Assembly: GCA_003482905.1 (NCBI GenBank) | Contig: DMXM01000034.1 | Coordinates: forward strand, 108,277-172,276 | Direction of reading: 5' to 3' | Origin: Elusimicrobiota bacterium | Lineage (GTDB): Bacteria > Elusimicrobiota > Elusimicrobia > Elusimicrobiales > UBA9959 | DNA length: 64,000 nucleotides | Shown: positions 15,185 through 24,667 of the stretch, piece after piece | Layout: every line of letters starts with the position of its first letter | Numbering within the stretch: the first letter of the stretch is position 1 | The notes under the pieces: generated by a model | Databases searched by the model: none | Told to the model about the DNA's origin: nothing | What the model saw: only the letters and a program-made list of their open reading frames with translations | Made by a program: the position numbers and the translations under genes

Positions 15185-16299
15185 ATCTTCCCCAGTGCCA
15201 GCATGACGGCGCCGGTTATCAGAATATTCAGCAGCGCCAGGGGGAGCAGGGTTTTCCAGCACAGGTTCATCAGCTGGTCGAAGCGGAAGCGCGGCAGGGT
15301 CCAGCGGATCACCAGCATGAGCCAGGAGAAGAAAATCGTTTTGGCGGCGAAGGCGCCGACTTGCATGGCGGCCACGATATAATGATTGAGCGGCAGCGTC
15401 TGCCCGCCTGGGAATATGAACCCGGGATCATAAAGATAGGGTACCTGCCAGCCGCCGAAGAAGAGGGTGGCGGCCAGCATGGAGACCAGGATTATCTCCA
15501 CGAACTCGGCGAACATGAAAGTGGCGAAGCGCATGGAGCTGTACTCCATGAAGTAGCCGATGATCTCGGATTCCCCCTCCACCAGGTCGAACGGGGTGCG
15601 CTTGTTCTCCGCTATGGCGGCGGTGAGGAACAGTATGAAGGCGAAGGGCTGGTAGATTATCCCCCAGGCCGGCAGGAAGCCGAACAGCAGCCTGCCCTGC
15701 GCGCGCACCATGTCCTGGAGGCCGGCCGAGCCGTAGATCATCAGGAGCCCGACGAGAGTAAGCCCCAGCACCACCTCGTAGGAGATCATCTGCGCCGCGC
15801 CGCGCATGGCTCCCAGCAGGGCAAAGTTGTTCTTTGACGCCCAGCCGCCCAGGAACACGCCGTAGATGGCCAGGCCCGACAAGGCCAGCACGAAGAAGAG
15901 GCCGAGCGGCAGGTCGGCTATCAGCAGGTCGAACTTGTAGCCGAAGATCATTACATGATCTCCGAAAGGTATGACGGCGAACAGCGCCAGCACCGGGACC
16001 AGCGCAAAGAAAGGCGCCAGGGTAAAAAGCAGCTTCTCGGCGCGGCCCGGCACGAAGTCTTCCTTGAAGACCATTTTTATGCCGTCGGCCACGGGGTGAA
16101 AAAGGCCGTTCAAGGCCAGGCCGAAGACGGAGGCGCGGTTGGGGCCGATGCGGTCCTGCATCAGCGCGCTGACTTTGCGCTCGGCCAGCGTGAGCAGCGC
16201 GGTAAAGCCCATGATGGCGTTAAGAAATATCAGCACCTTTACCGCGGCGGCGCCGGCGAACAGCAATATGTCCTTGTTAGCTTCGAAAAAATCCATCAT
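15181..16299 (-). CDS. nuoH: NADH-quinone oxidoreductase subunit H
   Basis: 372-aa polytopic protein with ..LAERKVSALMQDRIGPNR.. and ..TPFDLVEGESEI.., both NuoH/ND1 signatures. Confidence 0.92.
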   Translation of the reverse strand: MMDFFEANKDILLFAGAAAVKVLIFLNAIMGFTALLTLAERKVSALMQDRIGPNRASVFGLALNGLFHPVADGIKMVFKEDFVPGRAEKLLFTLAPFFALVPVLALFAVIPFGDHVMIFGYKFDLLIADLPLGLFFVLALSGLAIYGVFLGGWASKNNFALLGAMRGAAQMISYEVVLGLTLVGLLMIYGSAGLQDMVRAQGRLLFGFLPAWGIIYQPFAFILFLTAAIAENKRTPFDLVEGESEIIGYFMEYSSMRFATFMFAEFVEIILVSMLAATLFFGGWQVPYLYDPGFIFPGGQTLPLNHYIVAAMQVGAFAAKTIFFSWLMLVIRWTLPRFRFDQLMNLCWKTLLPLALLNILITGAVMLALGKI

Positions 16300-17771
16300 T
16301 AAAAATTAATTCCCTTTAAAGCGTCCTCGGCGCAGTGTAGCCGCAGCGACGTGCCGCTGTATACCGCCAGCTTGTTCACCATCTCCCAGAGCGGCTTTAC
16401 CCCTTCCTGCGCCTCTACCGCCGGTTCGGCCCTGCGCCTGAGCCCTTGGTGGTTTATGAAGGTCCCCGGCGTTTCGAAATATGAAGCGTACGGCAGCGTG
16501 GCGTAGGCCCCGGCGGGGATCTGGGCCTTGTTGGTGGCGAAAACTATAAGGCGCGCGCCGGAAGCCTTCACGACGTCCTTTATGAACGCGGCGGCACGGG
16601 CTTCGGTTACCACTACCTTTATCTGCCCGGCGCCGATCCGGCGTGAAAATTCTTCAAGGGTAAGTCCGCCGCGCGCGGCTTTTAACAGCATGGCCCCGGC
16701 GGTATTGGGGGCGGGATCCTTATTTATAAGGATGCCGTCCCGGATGCCCTGCTCGGCCGTAAAGTCGAAACAGAAATTCTCCGTCTTCAGCGCGTCCCCC
16801 GCCAGACGGGAGAGCGCCGCGTTATCTTCCACCGAAAGCCAGGGCGAGCCGAGTACCGCCGCCGCGGAGTGAGCCTCGTCGATGCGGGAGGCGACTTCGC
16901 GCAGGGCGGGCTCCAGGTCTATTACTCCGTTCTTAATAACGCCTTTCGCCAGCCTGTCCCCGGCCCGGACGGCCTTGTAGGTCATGCGGCCGTGGTCGCA
17001 AAGCCAGGTATTGGTCTCGGCATTGGGGCGCGGAACTATGCGGTGTACGGCATTTTCGTGATGGTGGGCCTCGATGAGGCAGCCGGTGGCGCAGCCGAGG
17101 CAGATTGTAGAAGTTTTTTTAAGGAACCACGCGCGGGTCTTGAACCGGAAGTCCCTGGAGGTGAAGGCGCCTACGGGGCAGAGGTCGGCGATATTGAGGG
17201 AATAATCGTTGTCCAGCGCTTTCCCTTCCTTAAGGTCTATGTAGGAATGGTCCGCCCTTTCCATTACGTCCAGTTCCGAGGTTTTAGTGACTTCGGCGCA
17301 AAAGCGGACGCAGCGGGTGCAAAGTATGCAGCGCTCGTTGTCGAGCACCAGGTGGGGGCCGACGGCCCGGCGTTTGGCGCGGCGGGCTTTGTCGCCCTGC
17401 GGGAAGCGGCTTTTGGCCAGGCTGTAGGCCATGTAATAATCCTGCAGGCTGCATTCCCCGGCCTGGTCGCAGATGGGGCAGTCCAGCGGGTGGTTGATCA
17501 GAAGGAATTCCAGTACGTCCTTGCGGGCGGCTTTGACCTTGTCGGTAGTGGTCCGTACTATCATGCCGTCGGCGGCCTCGGTGGAACAGGCGGTCACCAG
17601 CTTGGGGGACTTCTCCACTTCCACCATGCACATGCGGCAGCTGCCGGAGACAGTGAGTTTTGGATGGTAGCAGTAGCGCGGGATATAGACGCCGAGCTGC
17701 TGCGCGGCCTCAAGGAGCGTGGCGCCTTTGGCCACTTCTACGGTATTGCCGTCTATGGTCAGTTTCGGCAT
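16299..17771 (-). CDS. nuoG: NADH-quinone oxidoreductase subunit G, short form (490 aa)
   Basis: N-terminal 2Fe-2S fold (CYHPKL..GSCRMCMVEV), HPLDCPICDQAGEC (N5), CILCTRCVRFC..CPVGA (N4) and CLGCATGC..(27)..C (N7-like). The C-terminal molybdopterin-like region is much shorter than in the roughly 780-910-aa NuoG/Nqo3 proteins I remember. Confidence 0.85.
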   Translation of the reverse strand: MPKLTIDGNTVEVAKGATLLEAAQQLGVYIPRYCYHPKLTVSGSCRMCMVEVEKSPKLVTACSTEAADGMIVRTTTDKVKAARKDVLEFLLINHPLDCPICDQAGECSLQDYYMAYSLAKSRFPQGDKARRAKRRAVGPHLVLDNERCILCTRCVRFCAEVTKTSELDVMERADHSYIDLKEGKALDNDYSLNIADLCPVGAFTSRDFRFKTRAWFLKKTSTICLGCATGCLIEAHHHENAVHRIVPRPNAETNTWLCDHGRMTYKAVRAGDRLAKGVIKNGVIDLEPALREVASRIDEAHSAAAVLGSPWLSVEDNAALSRLAGDALKTENFCFDFTAEQGIRDGILINKDPAPNTAGAMLLKAARGGLTLEEFSRRIGAGQIKVVVTEARAAAFIKDVVKASGARLIVFATNKAQIPAGAYATLPYASYFETPGTFINHQGLRRRAEPAVEAQEGVKPLWEMVNKLAVYSGTSLRLHCAEDALKGINF

Positions 17772-19036
17772 CAGTATTTCCCCTGCGCTTCAGGAGGGCA
17801 GCAGCGCCCGGCGGCATGCGCCTCGAATTCGGAGCGGAATTTGGTCACAAAGCTGGTCACCGGCATGGCCATGGCGTCGGCCAGGGCGCAGATGGTGCGG
17901 CCCGTCATGGCGTCGGCTACGGAGCAAAGCGTGTCGATGTCGCCGGCGGTGCCCCGGCCGTCTTCAAGCCGGTTCAGGAGTTTCTCTATCCAGCCGCAGC
18001 CCTCGCGGCAGGGGGTACACTGGCCGCAGGATTCGTGGTGGTAGAAGCGGGCCAGCACCTGCAGAAGCTTCACCATGCACTGCCCGTCGTCTATGACGAT
18101 GACGGCGCCGGAGCCCAGCATGGAGCCGGCGGCCGCCAGCGATTCATAGTCGAGGTTCACGCCCAGGGCCTCGGCGGCCGTGAGCACCGGGGTGGAGGAA
18201 CCGCCGGGGATGACGGCCTTAAGTTTCTTGCCGGCTTTCATTCCTCCGCAGTTATTTTCGATCAGGTCCCGCAAGGGCGTTCCCAGCGGCAGCTCATAGA
18301 CGCCGGGCTTGTTCACCGCGCCGCTGACGCAAAAAAGTTTTGTGCCGGAACTTCTGGCCGGGCCTATGGCGGCATATTTGTCGCCGCCGTGCTCTATTAT
18401 GTAAGGCACCGCGGCCAGGGTTTCCACGTTGTTTATGACGGTGGGGCTGCCGAAAAGCCCTTTTACCGCCGGGAAAGGCGGTTTCAGGCGCGGCTGGCCC
18501 TTGAAGCCTTCCAGCGATTCCAGCAGGGCGGTTTCCTCGCCGCAGATATAGGCGCCGGCCCCGCGGTGTACGAAGAGTTCGAAATCAAAACCGGAGCCTA
18601 ATATATTCCTGCCGATAAAGCCTTTGGCGCGCGCGGAAGCGATGGCTTTCTCGAGCAGCGCGGTCTCGGCCGCGAATTCGCCGCGTATGTAGATGTAGCC
18701 GTGGGCCGCGCCTATGGCGAACCCGGCTATGGCCATCCCCTCTATGAGGGCGTGCGGGTTCTTTATTATCAGTTCCCGGTCCTTGAAGGTGCCGGGTTCA
18801 CCCTCGTCGGCGTTGCAGACCAGGTAGCGCGGTCCCTCGGCGTCTTTGGGGATGAAAGACCATTTGAGGCCGGCGGGGAAGCCGGCGCCGCCGCGGCCGC
18901 GCAGGCCGGACTTCTTTACTTCCTCTATGATCCCGGCCGGTTTCAGGGCAAGCGCCTTCTTGAGCGGCCTGTAGCCGCCGGCGGCGAAGTACGCCTCGAT
19001 TCCGGCGACGTTATCTCTTAAGAGGATGTTTGCCAT
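17771..19036 (-). CDS. nuoF: NADH-quinone oxidoreductase subunit F (FMN/NADH-binding)
   Basis: 421 aa with [18 protein letters not shown] and ..[12 protein letters not shown].. motifs. Confidence 0.93.
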   Translation of the reverse strand: MANILLRDNVAGIEAYFAAGGYRPLKKALALKPAGIIEEVKKSGLRGRGGAGFPAGLKWSFIPKDAEGPRYLVCNADEGEPGTFKDRELIIKNPHALIEGMAIAGFAIGAAHGYIYIRGEFAAETALLEKAIASARAKGFIGRNILGSGFDFELFVHRGAGAYICGEETALLESLEGFKGQPRLKPPFPAVKGLFGSPTVINNVETLAAVPYIIEHGGDKYAAIGPARSSGTKLFCVSGAVNKPGVYELPLGTPLRDLIENNCGGMKAGKKLKAVIPGGSSTPVLTAAEALGVNLDYESLAAAGSMLGSGAVIVIDDGQCMVKLLQVLARFYHHESCGQCTPCREGCGWIEKLLNRLEDGRGTAGDIDTLCSVADAMTGRTICALADAMAMPVTSFVTKFRSEFEAHAAGRCCPPEAQGKY

Positions 19037-19508
19037 GCCTTAGATCTTCCAGCAGCGAGTCCAGCTTCATCTCGTCGAGATTCTCAAAATAGTCTTCGTT
19101 CACCTGTATGACGGGGGCCGAGCCGCAGGCTCCCAGGCATTCCACGGTGGAGAGCGTGAACAGGCCGTCCTTTGTCGTCTCTCCCTCGGCTATGCCCAGT
19201 TTCCCCCGCAGCCGCGCCAGCAGGCCCGGCGCGCCGGCCATGTGGCAGGAGATGTTCCGGCAAACCTGCAAGTGGTACTTGCCCGCCGGGGCGCGGTTGA
19301 ACATCGTGTAGAAAGTGACCACCGCTTTCACCCGCGAATAGGGAAGCTCCAGGTACTGCGCCAGCGCGTCCATAGCTTCCTCGGCCACAAAACCGGCCTC
19401 CGCCTGCAGTTCCAGCAGCAGGGGGATCAGGGCGGCGTCCCGGCGCGGGTATCTGGCGCAGATATGCGCGGCCTTCGTCTTGAATTCCTCGCTCAGCTTA
19501 AAAGACAT
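19011..19508 (-). CDS. nuoE: NADH-quinone oxidoreductase subunit E (2Fe-2S)
   Basis: 165-aa thioredoxin-like 2Fe-2S subunit (..[10 protein letters not shown].. and ..[19 protein letters not shown]..). Confidence 0.9.
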   Translation of the reverse strand: MSFKLSEEFKTKAAHICARYPRRDAALIPLLLELQAEAGFVAEEAMDALAQYLELPYSRVKAVVTFYTMFNRAPAGKYHLQVCRNISCHMAGAPGLLARLRGKLGIAEGETTKDGLFTLSTVECLGACGSAPVIQVNEDYFENLDEMKLDSLLEDLRHGKHPLKR

Positions 19509-20725
19509 CAGCGTTCCAGCTCCCCGCCTATCATGTTTATCTGGCCGAAGGTGGCCACGATATCGGCTATATAACCGCCCTTGATCATCTGTGAAAGCCC
19601 GCCGGTCAGCGCGAAGGAGGGCGGACGCACGCGCAGGCGCCAGGGCCGGCCGGTGCCGTCGCTGACCAGGTAGAAGCCTACCTCGCCATTGCCGCCTTCC
19701 ACCGCCTGGTATACTTCCCCTTTCGGCGGCTTTACGCCTTCGATGGTGAGTTTGAAATGGGCCATCAGCGCCTCGATATTGCCGTGGACTTCTTCTTTGG
19801 GCGGCAGCGCTACGCTGAAATCGGGATGGGTTACCGGGCCGTCCGGCAGCTGGGCCAGGGCCTGTTCCACTATGCGCATGCTCTGGTGGATCTCTTCCAT
19901 GCGCACCAGGTAGCGGTCGTAGTTGTCGCCGTTAGATCCCACCGGGATGTCGAAGTCGAAACGGTCGTAGACCAGGTAGGGTGTGGCCTTGCGCACGTCG
20001 AGCGGTACGCCGGTGGAGCGCAGCGCCGGCCCGGTGAAGGACAGGGAAACGGCGTCTTCTTTGGAAATGTGGCCGGTATTATGCAGCCGGTCGTAGAATA
20101 TGCGGTTGCGCGTGAGCAGTTTGCCGGTGTCCGAGAGATTCTTGCGCACCAGTTTAAAGGCTGCGGCGGCCTCGCTTTTAAAATCCGGCGGCAGGTCGCG
20201 GGTGAGTCCCCCCACCCGGGGGTAGGCCGGGGTAACGCGCCCGCCGGCCGCGCTGTCCCCCAGCCTGTAAAGGGCTTCGCGGGCGTTGATCAGGTAAAAG
20301 TAGACCGTGAAGGCGCTGAGCTCCATGGCGTTGGCGCCTATGCAGGTAAGGTGGTCCGTTATGCGGGAGATCTCGCTCATTATCACGCGTATGTACTGGG
20401 CCCGCGCCGGGGCTTCAATCCCCATCAGCTTTTCAACGGCCAGGGCGAAGCCCACGTTGTTGATGAACGGCGAAACGTAATTAAGCCGGTCGGTGTAGGG
20501 CACGCACTGGTTATAGGTGACGTTCTCGCAGGTCTTCTCAAAGCCGCGGTGCAGGTAGCCTATTTCCACGTCGGCGTCGGACACGCGCTCGCCGTCCACG
20601 GTGAGCAGTACGCGGACTATGCCGTGCATGGCCGGGTGAGAGGGGCCCATATTGAGCACCATGCGTCCGTCCTCTAGGTCTTCGAGGCTCCAGTTCTTAG
20701 GAAGTTCGGTCTTGGTCGTTTGCAT
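19508..20725 (-). CDS. nuoD: NADH-quinone oxidoreductase subunit D
   Basis: 405 aa with ..MGPSHPAMHGIVRVLL.. and ..YDRYLVRMEE.., typical of NuoD/49 kDa. Confidence 0.93.
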   Translation of the reverse strand: MQTTKTELPKNWSLEDLEDGRMVLNMGPSHPAMHGIVRVLLTVDGERVSDADVEIGYLHRGFEKTCENVTYNQCVPYTDRLNYVSPFINNVGFALAVEKLMGIEAPARAQYIRVIMSEISRITDHLTCIGANAMELSAFTVYFYLINAREALYRLGDSAAGGRVTPAYPRVGGLTRDLPPDFKSEAAAAFKLVRKNLSDTGKLLTRNRIFYDRLHNTGHISKEDAVSLSFTGPALRSTGVPLDVRKATPYLVYDRFDFDIPVGSNGDNYDRYLVRMEEIHQSMRIVEQALAQLPDGPVTHPDFSVALPPKEEVHGNIEALMAHFKLTIEGVKPPKGEVYQAVEGGNGEVGFYLVSDGTGRPWRLRVRPPSFALTGGLSQMIKGGYIADIVATFGQINMIGGELER

Positions 20726-20726
20726 G

Positions 20727-21200
20727 TCAGTCCCGGTGCGGTATCCTCGGCTGCCTTTTCTTCAGCGGATAATCCTTGCGCAGCGGGTGGCCTTCAAAAC
20801 CGTCGTACATTAGTATGCGCCGCAGGTCCGGGTGGCCGGCGAATTTCAGCCCGAACATGTCGTAAACCTCGCGTTCGAACCAGTTGGCCCCGGCCCAGAG
20901 CGGGGTGAGCGAGTCCACATTCGGATCGTCCGCCCCCACCGGGCATTTCAGGCGCAGGCGGTAGTTGTGCTTTGTCGAATAAAAGTGGCAGACCAGTTCG
21001 AAACGCGGCTCGCGCGGCAGGTAGTCGGCCGCGGTCAGGTCCATCAGGAAGTCGAAGCCCAGGTCGTCTTTGAGGAAAGCCGCAACTTCTTTCAGGGCTT
21101 CTTTTTTAACGATCACAGTTTCATCGCCGCGGAAAGAATTGGTCTCCAGCACGGCGGCGGGGAACCTGGTCTTAACGGTTTCCAGCAGGTAAGTGGTCAT
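20727..21200 (-). CDS. nuoC: NADH-quinone oxidoreductase subunit C
   Basis: Trimmed to the ATG at 21200 (MTTYLLETVKTRFP..), which overlaps the nuoB TGA. Contains ..WFEREVYDMFGLKFAGHPDLRRIL.. Confidence 0.88.
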   Translation of the reverse strand: MTTYLLETVKTRFPAAVLETNSFRGDETVIVKKEALKEVAAFLKDDLGFDFLMDLTAADYLPREPRFELVCHFYSTKHNYRLRLKCPVGADDPNVDSLTPLWAGANWFEREVYDMFGLKFAGHPDLRRILMYDGFEGHPLRKDYPLKKRQPRIPHRD

Positions 21201-21682
21201 CGGTATTTCCGGTCCAGCACCGATTCCCTGGAGACCTTTTCCTGCAGCTTTATCAGGGCGTCCAGCACCGCTTCGGGGCGCGGCGGGCAGCCCGGTATAT
21301 AAATGTCGACCGGGATGATCTTGTCTATGCCCTGCACTGTGGCGTAATTGTCGTAGAAGCCGCCGGAGGAGGCGCAGACGCCGAAGGAAACCACCCACTT
21401 GGGTTCGCACATCTGGTCGTAGACGCGCTTGAGGACAGGGGCGAGTTTCTCGTTTACCGTGCCCACCACAAAAAGCACGTCGGCCTGGCGCGGGGAAAAG
21501 CGCGGGTATTCGGCGCCGAAGCGGGCGATGTCGTAGGTGGAGGCGAAAGCGGACATGAATTCCATGCCGCAGCAGGCGGTGACGAAGGGGTAATTAAACA
21601 AGGAGTACTTGCGCGACCAGTTGACGGCCTCGTCCAGGCGCGTGGTCAGGTAGGAGTGGCCGAAAAGGGTCTCTAATCCCAT
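21197..21682 (-). CDS. nuoB: NADH-quinone oxidoreductase subunit B (N2 cluster)
   Basis: Trimmed to the ATG at 21682 (MGLETLFGHSYLTTRLDEAVNWSRK..). Contains CCGMEFM and IPGCPPRPEA motifs. It overlaps the nuoA end by 10 nt. Confidence 0.88.
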   Translation of the reverse strand: MGLETLFGHSYLTTRLDEAVNWSRKYSLFNYPFVTACCGMEFMSAFASTYDIARFGAEYPRFSPRQADVLFVVGTVNEKLAPVLKRVYDQMCEPKWVVSFGVCASSGGFYDNYATVQGIDKIIPVDIYIPGCPPRPEAVLDALIKLQEKVSRESVLDRKYR

Positions 21683-22026
21683 TCCAAAGCCCCCTTCTTG
21701 ACGGCGTAGATCAGGCCCGCGAAAAGCACGGCCAGGAAGCCGCCCATGGCGTAGAAAGCCGCGCGGCCCAGCTCCCGCAGCGAGACGGCCCAGGGGTAGA
21801 GGAAAACTATCTCTATGTCGAACATGACGAACAGGACGGCCACCAGATAGAAATTTACGCGCATCATGCCGCGCGGCTCCATGGCCGGGGGCATGCCGCA
21901 TTCGAAAGGTTCGAGCTTTACCGGGGTTTTCTTTTTGGGGCCGAACAGGACGGAAAAGGCCAGCATGCCCGCCGCTACGGCAAGCCCGAATCCCGCTGTA
22001 ATTAGAACTGCGAGGTACTGGCGCAT
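21673..22026 (-). CDS. nuoA: NADH-quinone oxidoreductase subunit A
   Basis: 117 aa with 3 TM and ..PFECGMPP.., the first gene of the operon. Confidence 0.88.
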   Translation of the reverse strand: MRQYLAVLITAGFGLAVAAGMLAFSVLFGPKKKTPVKLEPFECGMPPAMEPRGMMRVNFYLVAVLFVMFDIEIVFLYPWAVSLRELGRAAFYAMGGFLAVLFAGLIYAVKKGALEWD

Positions 22027-22033
22027 TAGTGGA

Positions 22034-22042
22034 ATTTTACCA
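22034..22042 (-). promoter_or_regulatory. Candidate extended -10 (TGGTAAAAT) for the nuo operon
   Basis: The minus strand reads ..GATTATTTTGGTAAAATTCCACTA-ATG(nuoA). The hexamer ends 7 nt before the ATG and there is no GGAGG-type SD in between. Confidence 0.25.
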
Positions 22043-22153
22043 AAATAATCCCGGTTCCGGTGAACTGCCAGGCCGGAGCTTCGCAGCTGGCCATTAGATG
22101 CGGAAATAGGCCTAAAGTTTCACCCGACCTTTTAAACTAATTAGCTAGGAGCG

Positions 22154-22855
22154 TCACTTAAGAAGAAGCTTAAGGGCGTTCATGGCGTCTTTGGTCAGGC
22201 GGGCGTCCACCAGGCCGCGCCTGACGGCGCGGACCTGCGCCTCCCCGCCCCAGTGCGGGCCGGCTTCCCGTTTGAGCTTGTCGCAGATCTCTATTGTCAT
22301 GCGCTCTATTTCCGCTGGTTGTGCGGCCCTGGGCGCCGTCCGGCCGGTCAGCGTGGTCTTCACCCCGCGTGCGGTCAGCTCGTAGGCGATTATGGCTACC
22401 GCCTGCCCCAGGTTCATGGAAGGCTGTTTCTCCCTGGTCGGGATATTTATTATGGCGCGGCAGAAGGAAAGCTCGTCCTTTGTCAGGCCGGTCTTCTCGG
22501 AGCCGAAAAGTATTCCGACTTTCCCCTCCGCCCCGGCTATCAGCGCCGGCGTTTCGCAAAGCGGGACTACGTCCCGCTCCGGCTTGTTGCGGTGCAGGGA
22601 AGAGGTGCCCAGCAGCACGGCGCAGTCCGCCGCGGCCTCCGCGATGCCCGGGTACAGGCGGGCGGAATCAATGATCTCCATGGAATCGATGGCTGAAACC
22701 GAGGCTTCCCTGCGCCAGCAGTTCACGGTCTCGTTCCAGTCGGAGTCGAAGGCGTTCACGAGCGCCAGTTCTGAAAGACCGAAATTAGCCATCGCGCGCG
22801 CGGCGGCTCCGATATTGTCGGGATTGCGCGGCCTCACCAGTATTATTTTTATCAT
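22154..22855 (-). CDS. trmJ: SpoU/TrmH-family RNA 2'-O-methyltransferase, TrmJ-like
   Basis: N-terminal IILVRPRNPDNIGAAARAMANFGLSELALVN, then ..ILFGSEKTGLTKDEL..INIPT..QPSMNLGQAVAIIAYEL (SPOUT knot motifs). Confidence 0.8.
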   Translation of the reverse strand: MIKIILVRPRNPDNIGAAARAMANFGLSELALVNAFDSDWNETVNCWRREASVSAIDSMEIIDSARLYPGIAEAAADCAVLLGTSSLHRNKPERDVVPLCETPALIAGAEGKVGILFGSEKTGLTKDELSFCRAIINIPTREKQPSMNLGQAVAIIAYELTARGVKTTLTGRTAPRAAQPAEIERMTIEICDKLKREAGPHWGGEAQVRAVRRGLVDARLTKDAMNALKLLLK

Positions 22856-22910
22856 AGCGCCTTGCGCGGCAGTCCCGGATTATCTCGATATCGAGGCGAT
22901 AGAGGATGGA

Positions 22911-23597
22911 CTAATAACCGGTGTGGCGGATCTCGTGGGTACGCAGGTAATCCATGGCGTTCTTGGCGGCCGCCTGCTGGGCTTCTTTTTTGTTCTTGCC
23001 CGAGCCCAGGCCCAGCGTTTTCGCGCCCAGATATACCCTTATGGTGAATAATTTATTGTGTTCCGGTCCGGCCTCGCTCATCAGTTCGTAATCCGGCGGG
23101 CGCTTATGGCGCTTCTGTATGAGTTCCTGCAGCTCGCTTTTGTGGTCGATGTCGAGATTTTCCGGTGCCTGCGCTTCCAGCCAGGGGATGATGATCTTCT
23201 CGGCGTGCGGCAAGCCGCCGTCGAGGTAGACCGCCCCCAGCACGGCCTCCAGGGCGTTGGCCAGCGTGCTGTGGCGCTTGGCGCCGCCGCTCAGGTGTTC
23301 GCCGGCGCCAAGGTTGAGGTGATGGCCCAGCCCTATGGCCTCGGCCCAGCGGGCCAGGTTGGCCCGCGAGACGATGGCGGACTTGGTCTTTGAGAGGAAG
23401 CCCTCGTTCTCCGCGGGGTTCTTAAGGAAAAGGTAATAGGATACGATCAGGCCCAGCACGCTGTCGCCCAGAAATTCCAGGCGCTCGTTGTGCCGCGGGG
23501 AGCCCCGCTCGGTCGCGTGCGACTTGTGAGTCAGGGCTTCCGCCAGCAGTTCCTTGTCCCTGAATTTGTATCCGATTACTTCTTCAAGGGAAGACAT
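22911..23597 (-). CDS. rnc: Ribonuclease III
   Basis: The ERLEFLGDSVLGLIVSYYLF signature plus a C-terminal dsRBD (..GSGKNKKEAQQAAAKNAMDYL). Confidence 0.93.
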   Translation of the reverse strand: MSSLEEVIGYKFRDKELLAEALTHKSHATERGSPRHNERLEFLGDSVLGLIVSYYLFLKNPAENEGFLSKTKSAIVSRANLARWAEAIGLGHHLNLGAGEHLSGGAKRHSTLANALEAVLGAVYLDGGLPHAEKIIIPWLEAQAPENLDIDHKSELQELIQKRHKRPPDYELMSEAGPEHNKLFTIRVYLGAKTLGLGSGKNKKEAQQAAAKNAMDYLRTHEIRHTGY

Positions 23598-23618
23598 TCT
23601 AATTTTCGCAAATCAGAT

Positions 23619-23873
23619 TCAGTCTTTCTTTCCGGATTTATCCTTGATGTAGTCGATGGCCATGCCTACGGTCTTGATCTTTTCGGCGTCTTCGTCGGGG
23701 ATCTCGATGTCGAATTCCTCTTCGAGCGCCATCACCAGTTCCACGGTGTCGAGCGAGTCGGCGCCGAGGTCCTGGACGAACTGGGCCTGGGTGGTGACTT
23801 CGGCCGAATCTACGGCCAGCTGCTCGATTATGATCTTCTTCACTCTTTCTTCAAGGTTTTCGGTGACTGCCAT
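23619..23873 (-). CDS. acpP: Acyl carrier protein
   Basis: 84 aa with [27 protein letters not shown], which contains the phosphopantetheine Ser motif. Confidence 0.95.
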   Translation of the reverse strand: MAVTENLEERVKKIIIEQLAVDSAEVTTQAQFVQDLGADSLDTVELVMALEEEFDIEIPDEDAEKIKTVGMAIDYIKDKSGKKD

Positions 23874-23920
23874 TGCGTTACCCTCCTGCTAGTATTATGG
23901 ATCGGCTAAATTTGCCCCGC

Positions 23921-24667
23921 CTACATGTAGAGCCCGCCGTTCACGGCCAGCACCTGGCCCGTGATGTAGGCGGAATCCTCGCCCGCCAGGAACAGCGCGG
24001 CTTTCGCCACCTCGCCCGGCTCGCCCATGCGGCCCAGCGGTATCATCTCGGAGATCTTCGCCCTGGCCTCGTCTTTAAGGCCTTCGGTCATGCGCGTGCG
24101 GATAAAGCCGGGGGCCACGGCGTTCACCAGCACCTGCCGCGGCGCGAACTCGCGGGCCAGCGACTTGGTCAGGCCTATAAGCCCGGCCTTGGAGGCGGAG
24201 TAGTTGGCCTGCCCGGCCTGGCCGCTCTGTCCCACCACGGAAGAGATATTTATGATGCGCCCGGCGCGGGCCTTCAGCATCAGCTTGGCGGCCGCTTTCG
24301 CCATCAGGAAAGAGCCCTTCAGGTTTACGCTGATCACCGCGTCGAAATCCGCTTCTTTCATGCGCAGCACTAAATTGTCCTTGGTTATGCCGGCGTTGTT
24401 CACCAGGATATCCACTTTACCGAAAGCGGTTTCGGTTTCCCGCACGGCCCGTTCGCAGTCGGCCTCTTTTGAAACGTCCAGCCCCAGGCCTATGGTCTTC
24501 GCCCCGGTCTTTACGGCGATGTCCCTGGCCGCCGCCGCCGCTTCCTCCTGGGACAGGTCCGCCACCGCCACCAGGGCGCCTTCCGCCGCGAAAACGGCCG
24601 CTATCTCAAGGCCTATCCCGCGCGCGGCGCCCGTAATAAGGGCGGTTTTTCCTTCAAGGCGTTTCAC
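23921..24667 (-). CDS. fabG: 3-oxoacyl-ACP reductase
   Basis: 248-aa SDR with TGAARGIGLEIA, NNAG and YSASKAG motifs, located next to acpP and plsX. Confidence 0.9.
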   Translation of the reverse strand: MKRLEGKTALITGAARGIGLEIAAVFAAEGALVAVADLSQEEAAAAARDIAVKTGAKTIGLGLDVSKEADCERAVRETETAFGKVDILVNNAGITKDNLVLRMKEADFDAVISVNLKGSFLMAKAAAKLMLKARAGRIINISSVVGQSGQAGQANYSASKAGLIGLTKSLAREFAPRQVLVNAVAPGFIRTRMTEGLKDEARAKISEMIPLGRMGEPGEVAKAALFLAGEDSAYITGQVLAVNGGLYM

